This document shows, in pieces, positions 27,109-41,189 of a stretch of DNA of 64,000 nucleotides. The notes beneath the pieces were generated by a model. It saw nothing but the letters and a program-made list of their open reading frames with translations. It made no database searches and was not told the origin of the DNA. This DNA comes from Eledone cirrhosa (taxonomy: Eukaryota): assembly GCA_964016885.1 (NCBI GenBank), contig OZ024746.1:91946001-92010000 (forward strand), given 5' to 3'. The translations under genes were made by a program, and so were the position numbers. Position 1 is the first letter of the stretch. The number at the start of each line of letters is the position of its first letter.

Positions 27109-27500
27109 ATACATAGAGAGGTGGGGACTCTGGGTTAAAGAGGTGTGGAATAAGTAGAATCTTTTGGGGATGAAGACTAAAAGTCATGGACGAAAGAGCA
27201 GATAAGCTTAAAAGCGAAAAAAGCAAAGTGTTTAGTGAAGCAGAATTATATTAAAAACAGCCTGTTTGGTCAATGGACTGAAGAGTTAAAATATTTCCTT
27301 TCGATGCGTTGGGGAAGGGAGATTATCCAGTAATATTTTACCTATCTCGTGAGGGAATGACGTAGGACGATAGAAAATTATATTATTTACTTATCGTCAC
27401 GTGTGCTACTATAGTTTGCATTGCGGTAGAAATATATACTTTACAGATGGAAATATTACAACCCTGATTATTATATTTGTATATATCTATAGCCAGAGGA

Positions 27501-27685
<185 letters not shown>

Positions 27686-27877
27686 TATATATATATATTA
27701 AAATAATAGATTAAAGTTTAAGCAATGAATCGCTGCTTTCACTCCTAACGGGATCTTCTGAAACTCAGAAATATTTGCTCTACGGTTCTTATATATTTGA
27801 TATATATTTATCCTTATCGAGCCTTCTTTGGATTTTAGACTTCACATTTATTATTATTACTATATATATATATATAT

Positions 27878-28010
<133 letters not shown>

Positions 28011-28019
28011 TGGCTTCTA

Positions 28020-28063
28020 CAGGACTAGAACTGCTTCATTCGGAAGAAATCATCAGGAGCCTG
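28020..28063 (-). ncRNA. Degenerate hammerhead motif next to (GA)n
   Basis: Minus: CAGGctc-CTGATGA-t-TTC-ttcc-GAA-t-GAAG-cagttc-tagtCCTG; GAAA mutated to GAAG. Confidence 0.4.
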
Positions 28064-28390
28064 ATGGTTGGTGTGGTTACCCCCGATTGAACCCGGGATA
28101 AACATATATATATATATGATGGACTCTCCCGTCGTATCTGATGTATTAGTGTCCAACAAAAGTTGATGTGAGAAAGTGAACTGATGTTGAACTACCCACA
28201 CAAAGTTTTAAGTGGTGAAGGTTTGTGTAGGACCAACCACACTTTTTGGAACTGACGACATATATCTTCGGTGTAAATGTTTGCCACGGAAAATACAAAG
28301 ACAACCCTCAGCTTTTTATGCCTCGGAGTTTAACCTTGGTCGTTGACTCTGCTAAGTTCCTCCGCCCTTTGTGGGATCTTGTATTTCATC

Positions 28391-28457
28391 TTGAGATGGA
28401 GGGTCTGTGGTTTTTCTCACATCTGATGTGAGAAAAACCATAAACCCTCCATCTCAA
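28391..28457. repeat. 67-bp near-perfect palindrome (33-bp arms, 2 mismatches)
   Basis: TTGAGATGGAGGGTCTGTGGTTTTTCTCACATC-T-GATGTGAGAAAAACCATAAACCCTCCATCTCAA. Confidence 0.95.
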
Positions 28458-28461
28458 CTCT

Positions 28462-28499
28462 ACTTTTGAAAAGCAGAAGAACTGTGAAACCGGTAAAGG
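28462..28499 (+). ncRNA. Degenerate hammerhead motif followed by AATAAA
   Basis: aCTT-TTGAAAA-GCAG-aagaa-CTGT-GAAA-CCGG-T-A-AAGg; two transitions in the CTGAAGA box. Confidence 0.45.
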
Positions 28500-28626
28500 A
28501 ACCAAATAAATATATATATTTAAAAAAAAAAGACTCCCATTGCATTTTCGATTTAATCTTTTTTCCTTATACTTTCAGTCGTGTAGGACACCTCGGTTAT
28601 TTTTCATTTTGTAAAAAACACCTCAC

Positions 28627-28783
<157 letters not shown>

Positions 28784-28953
28784 GATCGATTGACTTTCGT
28801 CAAATCGGACCGAGGAAACAATGTTTACGTCGGTCTTTCCAGTTGCTAATACTATCTATCGGTCTCAACTCCAGGTAGAAGGAGCAGCATGAAATAAAGT
28901 GCCTTGCTCAAGGACATAACGCATCGCCCGGTCCAGGAATCGAACTCACAACC

Positions 28954-28989
<36 letters not shown>

Positions 28990-29032
28990 AAAGAAACCAA
29001 AGAACGCTTACATACTCAAACAGTCTTTATTT

Positions 29033-29078
29033 ACTTACAATGTTTCATCCTCACCTTTTGGCAGGAATCATCAGAGCC
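29033..29078 (-). ncRNA. Hammerhead motif followed by AATAAA, at the 3' end of an AT-rich element abutting (TA)n
   Basis: Minus: gGCT-CTGATGA-tTCCTGCC-aaaa-GGTgAGGAt-GAAA-CATTG-T-A-AGT. Confidence 0.6.
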
Positions 29079-29911
29079 TAATAAATACAGTGTTGAGCAT
29101 AAGCTCCACAAAACCTAGTCACACGAACAATCAGAATAAAGATAGGGAGATTGGAGATGGCGAACAAAGAGGTACATGCTGGGGTTGTTAAGCACCGCAG
29201 CTAAATGCCAGGGCATAAGCGGATGCAACAAGATGCAGATATAACAGATGGCACACAAAAACAAAGAATGCAAAAGCAAAAAAATGCAAAAGCATAAAAA
29301 ATACAGACAATGGTTAAAACATAATATAAATTATAATAAAGTAATAAAAAATATAAAAATGATAAAAATAATAAAATAAAATAAAGTAAAATAATTAAAA
29401 AATAAAGAAAAAATAATAAAATAATAATAATAAAATAATAAAAGATAATAATATAATAAAATAATATAATATAATAAAATTAGAAATTAAAAAAATTAAA
29501 AAGATTTAAAAAATTATTTTAAAAATTATAAAATTAAAAAAGTAAATAAATTTTTTTTTTTTTTTAAATTAAAAAAAATTCTTAGAAGAAATTCTTTTAA
29601 AAAAGAAATAAATGCAGAAAGAAGAAAAAAGTTATAAGCACATAGAGAAGCCGAAAGAGTACAAGCGCTGGTCCCTAGTAACACGAGTGAGTAGGATCTC
29701 AGTAACTTATATATAAGCGTTAAGAGGTTTTTTTGGTACATCCCGGAAGACCTCAGTAATCCGAACCCCCATCATGATATACATATACAAGGTATACTGG
29801 TAGGTACCGAACTAGGTAGCCAATGGGTGCTCACAAGCAAGCCTTACACAAGCAATAACCATAATTTACTTGTGTAAGGCTTGCTGGAAGTGGTATCATG
29901 ACTGGTGGATG

Positions 29912-30220
<309 letters not shown>

Positions 30221-30318
30221 TTTTAGCAAACAACTATTTCTCAAAAGTCCCGACTGCACAGTTTCGTTGATTGCAATGCAACCAAAGTTCAACCAAAGTG
30301 CAATCAAAGTGCAACTAC

Positions 30319-32177
30319 AGGGAGGACTGTAGTGTGACAGAAGAATGGGGAGGACTGTAGTGTGACAGAAGAATGGGGAGGACTGTAGTGTGACAGAAGA
30401 ATGGGGAGGACTGTAGTGTGACAGAAGAATGGGGAGGACTGTAGTGTGACAGAAGAATGGGGAGGACTGTAGTGTGACAGAAGAATGGGGAGGACTGTAG
30501 TGTGACAGAAGAATGGGGAGGACTGTAGTGTCACAGAAGAATGGGGAGGACTGTAGTGTGACAGAAGGATGGGGAGGACTGTAGTGTCACAGAAGAATGG
30601 GGAGGACTGTAGTGTGACAGAAGAATGGGGAGGACTGTAGTGTGACAGAAGAATGGGGAGGACTGTAGTGTGACAGAAGAATGGGGAGGACTGTAGTGTG
30701 ACAGAAGGATGGGGAGGACTGTAGTGTCACAGAAGGATGGGGAGGACTGTAGTGTCACAGAAGAATGGGGAGGACTGTAGTGTCACAGAAGAATGGGGAG
30801 GACTGTAGTGTCACAGAAGGATGGGGAGGACTGTAGTGTCACAGAAGAATGGGGAGGACTGTAGTGTGACAGAAGAATGGGGAGGACTGTAGTGTGACAG
30901 AAGAATGGGGAGGACTGTAGTGTCACAGAAGGATGGGGAGGACTGTAGTGTGACAGAAGGATGGGGAGGACTGTAGTGTGACAGAAGGATGGGGAGGACT
31001 GTAGTGTCACAGAAGGATGGGGAGGACTGTAGTGTCACAGAAGAATGGGGAGGACTGTAGTGTCACAGAAGGATGGGGAGGACTGTAGTGTGACAGAAGG
31101 ATGGGGAGGACTGTAGTGTGACAGAAGAATAGGGAGGACTGTAGTGTCACAGAAGGATGGGGAGGACTGTAGTGTGACAGAAGAATGGGGAGGACTGTAG
31201 TGTGACAGAAGAATGGGGAGGACTGTAGTGTGACAGAAGGATGGGGAGGACTGTAGTGTGACAGAAGAATAGGGAGGACTGTAGTGTCACAGAAGGATGG
31301 GGAGGACTGTAGTGTGACAGAAGAATGGGGAGGACTGTAGTGTGACAGAAGAATGGGGAGGACTGTAGTGTGACAGAAGGATGGGGAGGACTGTAGTGTG
31401 ACAGAAGGATGGGGAGGACTGTAGTGTGACAGAAGAATGGGGAGGACTGTAGTGTGACAGAAGAATGGGGAGGACTGTAGTGTCACAGAAGGATGGGGAG
31501 GACTGTAGTGTCACAGAAGAATGGGGAGGACTGTAGTGTGACAGAAGAATGGGGAGGACTGTAGTGTCACAGAAGGATGGGGAGGACTGTAGTGTCACAG
31601 AAGGATGGGGAGGACTGTAGTGTCACAGAAGAATGGGGAGGACTGTAGTGTCACAGAAGAATGGGGAGGACTGTAGTGTGACAGAAGAATGGGGAGGACT
31701 GTAGTGTCACAGAAGGATGGGGAGGACTGTAGTGTCACAGAAGAATGGGGAGGACTGTAGTGTCACAGAAGAATGGGGAGGACTGTAGTGTCACAGAAGG
31801 ATGGGGAGGACTGTAGTGTCACAGAAGAATGGGGAGGACTGTAGTGTGACAGAAGAATGGGGAGGACTGTAGTGTGACAGAAGAATGGGGAGGACTGTAG
31901 TGTCACAGAAGGATGGGGAGGACTGTAGTGTGACAGAAGGATGGGGAGGACTGTAGTGTCACAGAAGAATGGGGAGGACTGTAGTGTGACAGAAGAATGG
32001 GGAGGACTGTAGTGTGACAGAAGAATGGGGAGGACTGTAGTGTGACAGAAGAATGGGGAGGACTGTAGTGTCACAGAAGGATGGGGGGGGGGACTGTAGT
32101 GTGACAGAAGGATGGGGAGGACTGTAGTGTGACAGAAGAATGGGGAGGACTGTAGTGTGACAGAAGAATGGGGAGGA
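30319..32177. repeat. 28-bp minisatellite, about 66 copies
   Basis: Unit GGAGGACTGTAGTGT(G/C)ACAGAAG(A/G)ATGG. Confidence 0.98.
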
Positions 32178-32757
32178 ATTACAAAGGCAATAAATCATTT
32201 AGAAAAATTGACATTAGCCGTCATGTTAAATAATTCACTAAATACTGCAGACTTGTTTATATTTAAGAATGATTCCTAATTTAAACAAAAGGCCAATAAT
32301 TTGGGGATTAAATCACCCCCAGTGCATTACTGGGGCTTTATTTATTGACCCCGTAAAGATGAAAGGCAAAGCTAACCTGGGTGGTATTTGAACTCAAAAC
32401 GTAACGGGACTTGAGTTTATATCTTATAATAAACATGTTTTTCAAGAAGAAGTAGGAATACTACTTTAACATTTTATGTTATACCATAATTTTTATTGAA
32501 CATACATATTGTGGATTGATTTGGACCTTAAAATCTTCCATTTTGAAATGAATCCCCCACCCCTACTGAAGGAGGAGACAATAAAAGAAGTTTTATTCCA
32601 CCATTTCTTTCTTCTATAAAAAAGAAAAAGAAAACTTCTCACTTTGTATTTCTTTCATAACGATTAAACATCGTTTTTCTCCATCATATTGCTTCGAATT
32701 CACATGATTAACACCCATACACACACACACAAACACACACACACACAAACACACACA

Positions 32758-32848
<91 letters not shown>

Positions 32849-33289
32849 GCATACATACCCATATATATATGTGTGTGTGTGACAACATGAATGTGTGTGT
32901 TTATGTGTGAGAGTGTATATGTATGTGTGTATGTATGTATATATATTTGTGTCACTGTGTGTGTGTGTGTGAAGGAGAGTGTATGTATGTAAGTATATAT
33001 ATATATGTATGTATGTATATGTGTATATATGTATGTATATATGTATGTATATATGTGTGTAAGTATATATGTATGTAAATATGTATGTATGTATGTCAGT
33101 ATCTATATATGCATGTATATCAGTATGTATTTATGTATGCATATATGTATATATGTATGTGTATATATATATGTACGTATGTATGTCAGTTTGTATATAT
33201 TTATATATGTGTATGTGTGTGTGTGTGTGTGCGTGTACGTATGTATTTGTGTATTTGTGTATGTATATATATATATATATATATATATG

Positions 33290-33322
<33 letters not shown>

Positions 33323-33399
33323 ATATATATATATATATATATGTTATATATATATATATATATATATATGTTATATATATATATATATATATATATATG

Positions 33400-33528
<129 letters not shown>

Positions 33529-33886
33529 AGTATGTACGTATGTAGTTGTGTTTACTCTGACAGCATTTTTCCTATGTTGAATAATAGCTTAATATTTCAT
33601 GTGTTCCTTGTTGACGGCCAGTTTCTCTTCTATAATTGTTTTCTTGCTTTAATTGAAATATACACCTCAATATCATCTTTATCTTACTTGTCAATAGATA
33701 TAATCGAACATGACAACAGATTGATTGATTAAGACTTGCTATCGAGTAGAATCGTCCATCAAGTGGACACATGGTTAGGACTGATTTCACTCTTAAACAG
33801 CTTCTTGTGTTCATCGGGAATCTTGAGGGCAGGAAATTTGCTTCCAACGGCACAGTTATTAAATATTTACTTACATACATACATAC

Positions 33887-33939
<53 letters not shown>

Positions 33940-33987
33940 CATACAAACATATAGGCATACATACAAACATACAAACATACATACAGA

Positions 33988-34502
33988 CATGGTGGCTGCC
34001 AACTCGTTTTCGAGTACGGCCACTACTTTATATCCATGTAGGAGAACCCCTAGCGATGCGCTGAACGAGTGACTTTTTAGTCCAGCCAACGACTTGAAAA
34101 CTCTGGTACAAACACTACACTTGTGACAATTATTGACACATAGTGCTGGGCCCATGATACCATGTGACGACATGTACAGAGAGATCTCCAGATATAAAGC
34201 AATGCCTGTGCCGTGAAGCTTTTATAGTGAGCAAAGGCACTGCACAAAGCCAGTCCCACTCTCTTAACCAAGATGATATTTACCAAAAAGAAGAACAAGT
34301 CAACATCATTGGATACCATCAGAGTTGCAGGTGTTATATCAGAGTTTTCCTTCTCCTAGAATTCTGCCTTGACAAAGGCTAATGGGTCATCTCTCCCGGT
34401 GATTTTGGATGGCCATTGACTCTTAAGAGCTCCTTTGCCCTTTGACAGGTTTTGTTTTTAGTCCTGCAGGATGTCCAAAGTCACCCTCCTCACCAAGAAA
34501 CC

Positions 34503-34503
<1 letters not shown>
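33988..34503 (-). mobile_element. RTE-derived short element (5' UTR-like part joined to a 3' end with a C2H2 finger), (TATG)n tail
   Basis: [17 protein letters not shown]; 33988-34280 is a close inverted copy of 50127-50417; 34340-34500 resembles 40650-40845. Confidence 0.75.
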
Positions 34504-34533
<30 letters not shown>

Positions 34534-34599
34534 CATACATACATACATACATACATACATACATACATACATACAAAGAAATAGAAGTAAACAAAATAA

Positions 34600-34785
34600 G
34601 AAAAAAGAGGAGGCAGGTCGTAGATCAGTGTGACCTTTCTGGCAAATGTAAGGTTTGTCGCTTGCAGTTCATGTTGATCCCAAAACTCCTGTGGCCTCTA
34701 GTGATATACGATATCAGCTCTAGTACAGTGGAGGCCAAAATCAACAAACACATAAAGAAGTGGCTTGGTGTCCCACCAGCTATAT
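34600..34785 (+). mobile_element. HERO/R2-group LINE fragment (RT thumb region)
   Basis: VDQCDLSGKCKVCRLQFMLIPKLLWPLVIYDI..INKHIKKWLGVP. Confidence 0.65.
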
Positions 34786-35345
34786 AACCAGCATACAACC
34801 AACATATGTCACTGCATCTCAGTCACATCAGCCCCGGTAATATCGTAGCTATACAACCAACATATGTCACTGCATCTCAGTCACATCAGCCCCGGTAATA
34901 TCGTAGCTATACAACCAACATATGTCACTGCATCTCAGTCACATCAGCCCCGGTAATATCGTAGCTATACAACCAACATATGATATGTCACTGCATCTCA
35001 GTCACATCAGTCCCGGTAATATCGTAGCTATACAACCAACATATGTCACTGCATCTCAGTCACATCAGCCCCGGTAATATCGTAGCTATATAACCAGCAT
35101 ATGTCACTGCATCTCAGTCACATCAACCCCGGTAATATCGTAGCTATATAACCAGTATATGTCACTCACCTCAGTCACATCAGCCCCGGTAATATCGTAG
35201 CTATATAACCAGCATATGTCACTGCATCTCAGTCACATCAGTCCCGGTAATATCGTAGCTATATAACCAGCATATGTCACTTCACCTCAGTCACATCAGC
35301 CCCGGTAATATCGTAGCTATATAACCAGCATATGTCACTCACCTC
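34786..35345. repeat. 58-bp minisatellite, about 9-10 copies
   Basis: Unit ATATGTCACTGCATCTCAGTCACATCAGCCCCGGTAATATCGTAGCTATA(C/T)AACCA(A/G)C. Confidence 0.95.
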
Positions 35346-36799
35346 ATTTCTCACATAAACACACGGCCTCATATTTGAAGGATGAATATAATCGATTAAA
35401 TACTTGCCTAGTACTAATTTTATCGAACCCGGAATGGTGAAAGCAAAAGTTAATCTCTGTAGAATCAGGAAACAAAACAAAGGGCCGCAACTATATCAAA
35501 ACATACTATCTGACACTCTTCCTAATTGCCAAGATATGTTCTGATACACTTCTCACTTCTCAAGTTCAACTGTGATTTGTTACACCAATAACTTGCCAGA
35601 CATTTCTTTCTACAATTGAAAATATTTGTCAGATTCCATTCTTTCTTCCCAATCTAAGTTTTCTGGGTTTTTTTTCTTTTTCTATTAAACTGAATTTACA
35701 TGATAAATTCCTTAAATAAATTAAAGCCTGTTTTAAACCGAAAAATGACAACTCCTAACTAGCTCTGACCAATTATAGCCCCAGTGTACTCCCATCCCGC
35801 CTCTGCTGATATACTCCCCACCAACTTAACCCTTTTAATACCTAACCACCTGAAATTACTCTTGGTTATTTCATACAAAACTGTTTATTTTGATGTGTTC
35901 ATCTAAAAACATTCCATTTGTTATGTTTCAAACATCAGCTTAATAATGAAACAGTTAGTTATATTATTAAATCCCTCCAAATTCGCGGGGATTATAGTGA
36001 ATCACACCACCACCAGCTGACCAGAAAATATTACAATGAGAAGAGGCAGACTTTAAAAACAATTCTGTACACTATATTTCATGATAAGGATAATCGAAAA
36101 AAATATATATGAATGTATATCTACAGTGTATTATCTTTATCAGATTACGAATATATTCCACAGCTGAATGACATTATAAACACAATAGACAAGATATTGT
36201 TTGTTCTGTGGCTCAGTGAACAAAAACAATAGCTACTGTTGTAGAAGTTGTTCATCAGGCATTGTAATGGGCAGTAATAAAGAACATGGACATTCTATAA
36301 CCAGATTTTATCTTTAATCACAGGAACATTTGGCTTCGTGACAAAACGTCTAAAATCCAACTCTTGTAAACTAGGAACCGAATTGATAGATTTCTACAGT
36401 CAGAACAGTGGGACAGTTAAACTATTCGGAAGTTTTCAGAAGTTCAAATTCTAATTTATTCTAATTGTTTTGTCTAGCCTGCCGGAAACAGCTTTGCTCG
36501 CATTTACTGACCGACACATTACTAAAACATTGAAATAAATATTAAAAAAAACAAAAAACTGAATACGTCTGTGTTATGTAGACAAAACACTTATGTGTGG
36601 GTCTGTGTGGTGTACCAGCTATCAATCAAAATATTTGGCCCCGGGAGGGTGCAGGTGCAAGAGCAATTTCCTTGCAACAACGGTGTGTGAAGCAATTAAT
36701 ATTACTTTGTAATCTGTACACACACATATATATATATAGTGAACTAACTGTATATATATATATATATATATATAAATGTAATCTGAGTTTTTCGAATAT

Positions 36800-36995
36800 T
36801 AATAATTGTACCTACTTTTGGTACAAGGCCAGCAATTACCCAGTGCATTACTGGTACTTTATTTTATCGACCCCGTAAGGATGAAAGGCAAAGTTAACCT
36901 CGGCGGAATTTGAACTCAGAATGGCAAGGGCCGTAACTCTATGCGTCAAAGCATGGCGTCGGACCCTCTACCAATACTGCCAATCCACCGCCCAA
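36800..36995 (-). mobile_element. SINE family A, full length
   Basis: Reverse complement of the 41380-41560 type, including the GGGCGGTGGATTGGCAG head. Confidence 0.9.
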
Positions 36996-37075
36996 ATATA
37001 ATAATTTCAGCTTACAGTTTGTCAACGTGACATGGAGGTTTAGCTATGATCCTTTAATATTTTGTAATATGCACC

Positions 37076-37310
37076 TCTTCATCTTTAAATCTATTTACAG
37101 TATATACTTGTATATAAGTCTATCTCAAGCTCTCCATCTTTAAATCTATTTACTGTATATACTTGTATATAAGTCTATCTCGACCTCTCCATCTTTAAAT
37201 CTATTTACTGTATATACTTGTATATAAGTCTATCTCAAGCTCTCCATCTTTAAATCTATATACCGTATATACTTGTATATAAGTCTACCTCAATATATGA
37301 CGACCCCTGT
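37076..37310. repeat. Four-copy 55-bp tandem containing a pogo/Tigger-like terminus
   Basis: Unit TCTCCATCTTTAAATCTATTTACTGTATATACTTGTATATAAGTCTATCTCAAGC; last copy reads TA-CCGTATATACTTGTATATAAGTC. Confidence 0.8.
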
Positions 37311-37794
37311 TTCATGAGAACTAGGCAACATTTTTAACCACGTTCTAAGCCGGGGCATGTAACACATTATATTTTGAAATTCTCATGAAGTTTTAATATT
37401 TTGACATCTAAAATATTCCAAGTGTCGTTTAGAATATATTTTTGGTTTTCCAACTCAATTATGGAACTATCTTTTTACCAATTTTCGGCCGTTTTGAAGG
37501 CTTTATTCATTCAAAATTTATCAAAACAATAAAAAATAGAAATTCACCACCAAATCCAAAATATTCTAGCATCTAATTCACGTAGAATTTTGAACTTGGT
37601 AAAAATTGGCGAAATATTAACCTCGAATATAAGTCGGCACCATTTTACTATCGAATAGAATGTTTACAATATTTGAATTATTCTAGAACAAATATGAGAT
37701 ATAACCACTAGAGAGATATATAATGGTTTGATAAACCTATAGGCGGTGCCCTAGTACAGCTACTGTCTGATTATTGAAATTAGTATTATAGAAA

Positions 37795-37828
<34 letters not shown>

Positions 37829-38016
37829 TTGTGAGCGTGTGTGTTAGTGTGTGTGTCAGTGTGTGTGTGTGTGTTACATACATACATGTGTATGTGTATA
37901 TGCACTTTATTACGGATTTAAGATATTATTCAAAATATATAAAAAAAAGCGTTGTCTACATTTCCTGAAAATGAAGATAATTGGATGAATACAGTGTATA
38001 TATATATATGTATATA

Positions 38017-38130
<114 letters not shown>

Positions 38131-38429
38131 TATTTTTAATATTCTAAATTTGCTGTAAAGCTCAGTTATAAAATATATATGCGAGGGTGGGTGAGGGGGG
38201 GAATATTTCTAAAGCTACTATAAAACTCACTTATATAACTCTGTAGAGTGATTTCACATGACATGTCACAGAAACAATAAGATTTATGTATACAAGAATA
38301 ACGAATGTTTTTAAGTTGAGATATTTAGAGAGTTTAAGATATTTGTCGATAAATATTCAGATTTTAAGTGTTAGTTCTAATGATGGTAGCTGAAAGTTAA
38401 ATGTAGACTACATTTCCTCCACCTCCACC

Positions 38430-38975
38430 TTCTTCTTCTTCTTCTTCTTCTTCTTCTTCTTCTTCTCCCCTCCTCTTCCTCTTTCTTCTTCTTCTTCTTC
38501 TTCTTCTTCTTCTTCTTCTTCTTCTTCTTCTTCTTCTTCTTCTTCTTCTTCTCCCCTCCTCTTCCTCTTTCTTCTTCTTCTTCTTCTTCTTCTTCTTCTT
38601 CTTCTTCCTCTTCTCCTCCTCCCCCTCCTCTTGCTCCTACTTTTTCTTATTATTCCTGAGAGGGTCATGGGGGAAGAGTCCTCAAACACTCCTCCCAGCG
38701 GGTCCTGTCAGAAGCAACTATCTTCACTGATCCGGCTGGATCTCCAAATGAGACCAGCCAAGCTCATGGATGTCATCCAAACATCTTGCCCAGGGTCTAC
38801 CCCTGGGTCTCCTGCCGGCTGGTTTTGTCCGTAAAATTTGTCCAGTGATTCTTTCCTGAGACATTCTAACCACATCCCTATAATATCAGAGCTGTGAACC
38901 CTCAATTCGGAGAAGTAACAGCTCTACATGGAGTGACTTTCTGATCTCCAAGCTACACACTCTATCGAGTAAAGT
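38430..38975 (-). mobile_element. RTE LINE 3' fragment with an expanded (AAG)n tail
   Basis: (TTC)n at 38430-38640 followed by sequence homologous to 21540-21860. Confidence 0.85.
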
Positions 38976-39580
38976 TTTTCCGATAAGGTAAAAATAGGGT
39001 TTAGATTGGGTTGTATAAGTGAGCATTTTCCGGCACTTACCGTATTCTTCCGTGTATTGCGTGTATTCGTGAATAATGTCTGGAAACATTGTGTTGTGGT
39101 GTATACGACGCACTCCCAATACAAATAAAGAAAAAGTGAAAAAACTCCGTGGTATACACAGAATAATACAGTATTCGTCTAAACAGGGATTTCTGACCCT
39201 TTCACTCCTAACATTTTACTATATCATCGGTTTGACCCATGATTTGTCAATGGGTAGATAGAAACTGTTTGAAATCACGTCGTATAGATTGTATCTGTAG
39301 TACTAAGGCCTGGCCTTGTCGTACGGAGTCTTTAAAAATAATTGGTACAGAGATTCAGAATGTTCGATTTTATTTTAATTATATTTTTTAAACAATATAA
39401 AAATTACGTTTAAAATTTTTTTAAATAATTGTACAGAAACTCAATTGAATACTTTATAATGGCGGTGCCCCAAAATGGCCTTAGCCTATTGGCTGGGACA
39501 TATATCAGTGTAATGAAATTACATGGCTAAACAATGTAGTTACATGGCTGAATAACACAAATAGTTTCCATTGTTATAGG

Positions 39581-39896
39581 CAGGGCATCCAAGAGAAAGT
39601 TTGCAAGGCGATACAAGACCCCTTTGGGGCCAGAAGCAAAATGGATGTTGCATGGTTGCTGTGGGGCCTTCTTAGCTGTTGGGCCCCGGAAAAAAGTACC
39701 GGCTGGGCCCCGGAACAAAGTACCAGCTGGGTCCCGGAACAAAGTACCAGCTGGGCCCCGGAACAAAGTATCAGCTGGGCCCCGGAACAAAGTATCAGCT
39801 GGGCCCCGGAACAAAGTACCAGCTGGGCCCCGGAAAAAAGTACCGGTTGGGCCCCGGAACAAAGTACCGGCTTGACCCCACTTCTCATAGGCCCTG
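39581..39896. mobile_element. hAT-like MITE containing about eight 24-bp tandem units
   Basis: Ends CAGGGCATCCAAGAGAA / TTCTCATAGGCCCTG; unit GCTGGGCCCCGGAACAAAGTACCA at 39680-39870. Confidence 0.6.
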
Positions 39897-40139
39897 GCTA
39901 CAAACCTATCAGAGAGCAGCCGATAGTTGGACAGTTTTCTCTCTTTAGCAGGCAGAAGAACATGGGCTGGTGGCCGAATATAACAGGTTGCCACATGAGT
40001 AGGTGTCACAGCATCTGGCGTCCCAGATGAGGAGAGCATTTAGTAATGTATTGTAACAGTTTGGGAAAATTTTAAATGCTTTTACAACATCTGTATTGAA
40101 GGAGATCTGTCACCAACTACAGATGTAGAAATGAAATCT

Positions 40140-40860
40140 ATATATACATGATGGAGGAAAACTCTGCTAAAAGTATTGCAATCGCTTGTCAGGTTCATAT
40201 GTGTGATGTTCGGATATGGTTTTTCAAGCCTGCTAGAGACTTGCACTCCTTCGCACATTGACAACTATGGATCTCCCTGACCTCAGGTCTTGCATCTGCT
40301 TTGCTGTGAACCTTCACAATATCGTGGAGATCATAGTTCACTGGTTCTCTCTAAACATGGCTGCGACTGAGGCCCTTGAGACCAGATTTGCTCATACATA
40401 CATACATGATGGCTGCAAACTCTGCTAAGAGTACTGCAATTGCTTGGAGGATTATAGAGATCGGTGCACCTTTAGGCTACGGCCAGTCACACAAACCTGT
40501 AACATATCCTGAACAAGCAATGCATGTGCTTTGAAGGTTTTTTTAAGTGGGGAAAGGTCTTGCACTCGACCAATCCCACTCTCTGAGCATCGAAAACACT
40601 ACCCGAAAAGGAGAACTGGTCAACATCGTCGCATGCTTCCGAAGCCACAGGTTTTTTTTCCGAGTTTCCCTCTGCTAGAAAGGTGTTGTGACAACAACTG
40701 GGGGCCTTTCACTCCCAGGTGAATAAAAGTACTATTTGGATGGCCGTTGACTCTGCTGAGTTCCTCCGCCCTTGTATTTCATCCGGCAGGGTCTTGTATT
40801 TCATCCGGCAGGGTGTCCAACTATCACCCTCCTCACCAAGCAAGCTTGGTGAGGAATGTG
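40140..40860 (-). mobile_element. Two RTE-type 3' ends plus a 5' UTR-like segment with a 12-bp-arm hairpin
   Basis: Repeated CATGATGG..AAACTCTGCTAA.AGTA.TGCAAT ends near 40148 and 40404; TCCTCACCAAGC-AA-GCTTGGTGAGGA at 40830-40855. Confidence 0.6.
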
Positions 40861-41189
40861 GCGAGAATGGTTCGTGTGAATGGGCCTACTCTGACCATGC
40901 GCCTATAGGCTAGCTAACTTGAGGAGAGGGGTGCTCTCCCTGGGTGCCCTAGAAGCGCAGGGTGGTTCAGGATTGGTGGGGTACTCGAGTCACCCAGGGT
41001 CGTCCATCCCCTACCGGGGAATTTATTTTGTTATATTTATGCATAGTTTATTTTATATTTTTATATCTTCATTGTTAAATTAGTCTTGCCATTGTGCACT
41101 TTTACTCGACCTTATTGTAAACCCCCACTGTCCCTGTCTTTGTATTGTCCCCTACATGTCGGCCCTTGTGGCTAATAAATGAAATCATT

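Noticed and set aside
39527-40039. 170-aa ORF with TLFRGPAG repeats
   Set aside because: The 24-bp tandem inside a MITE-like element is open in several frames on both strands
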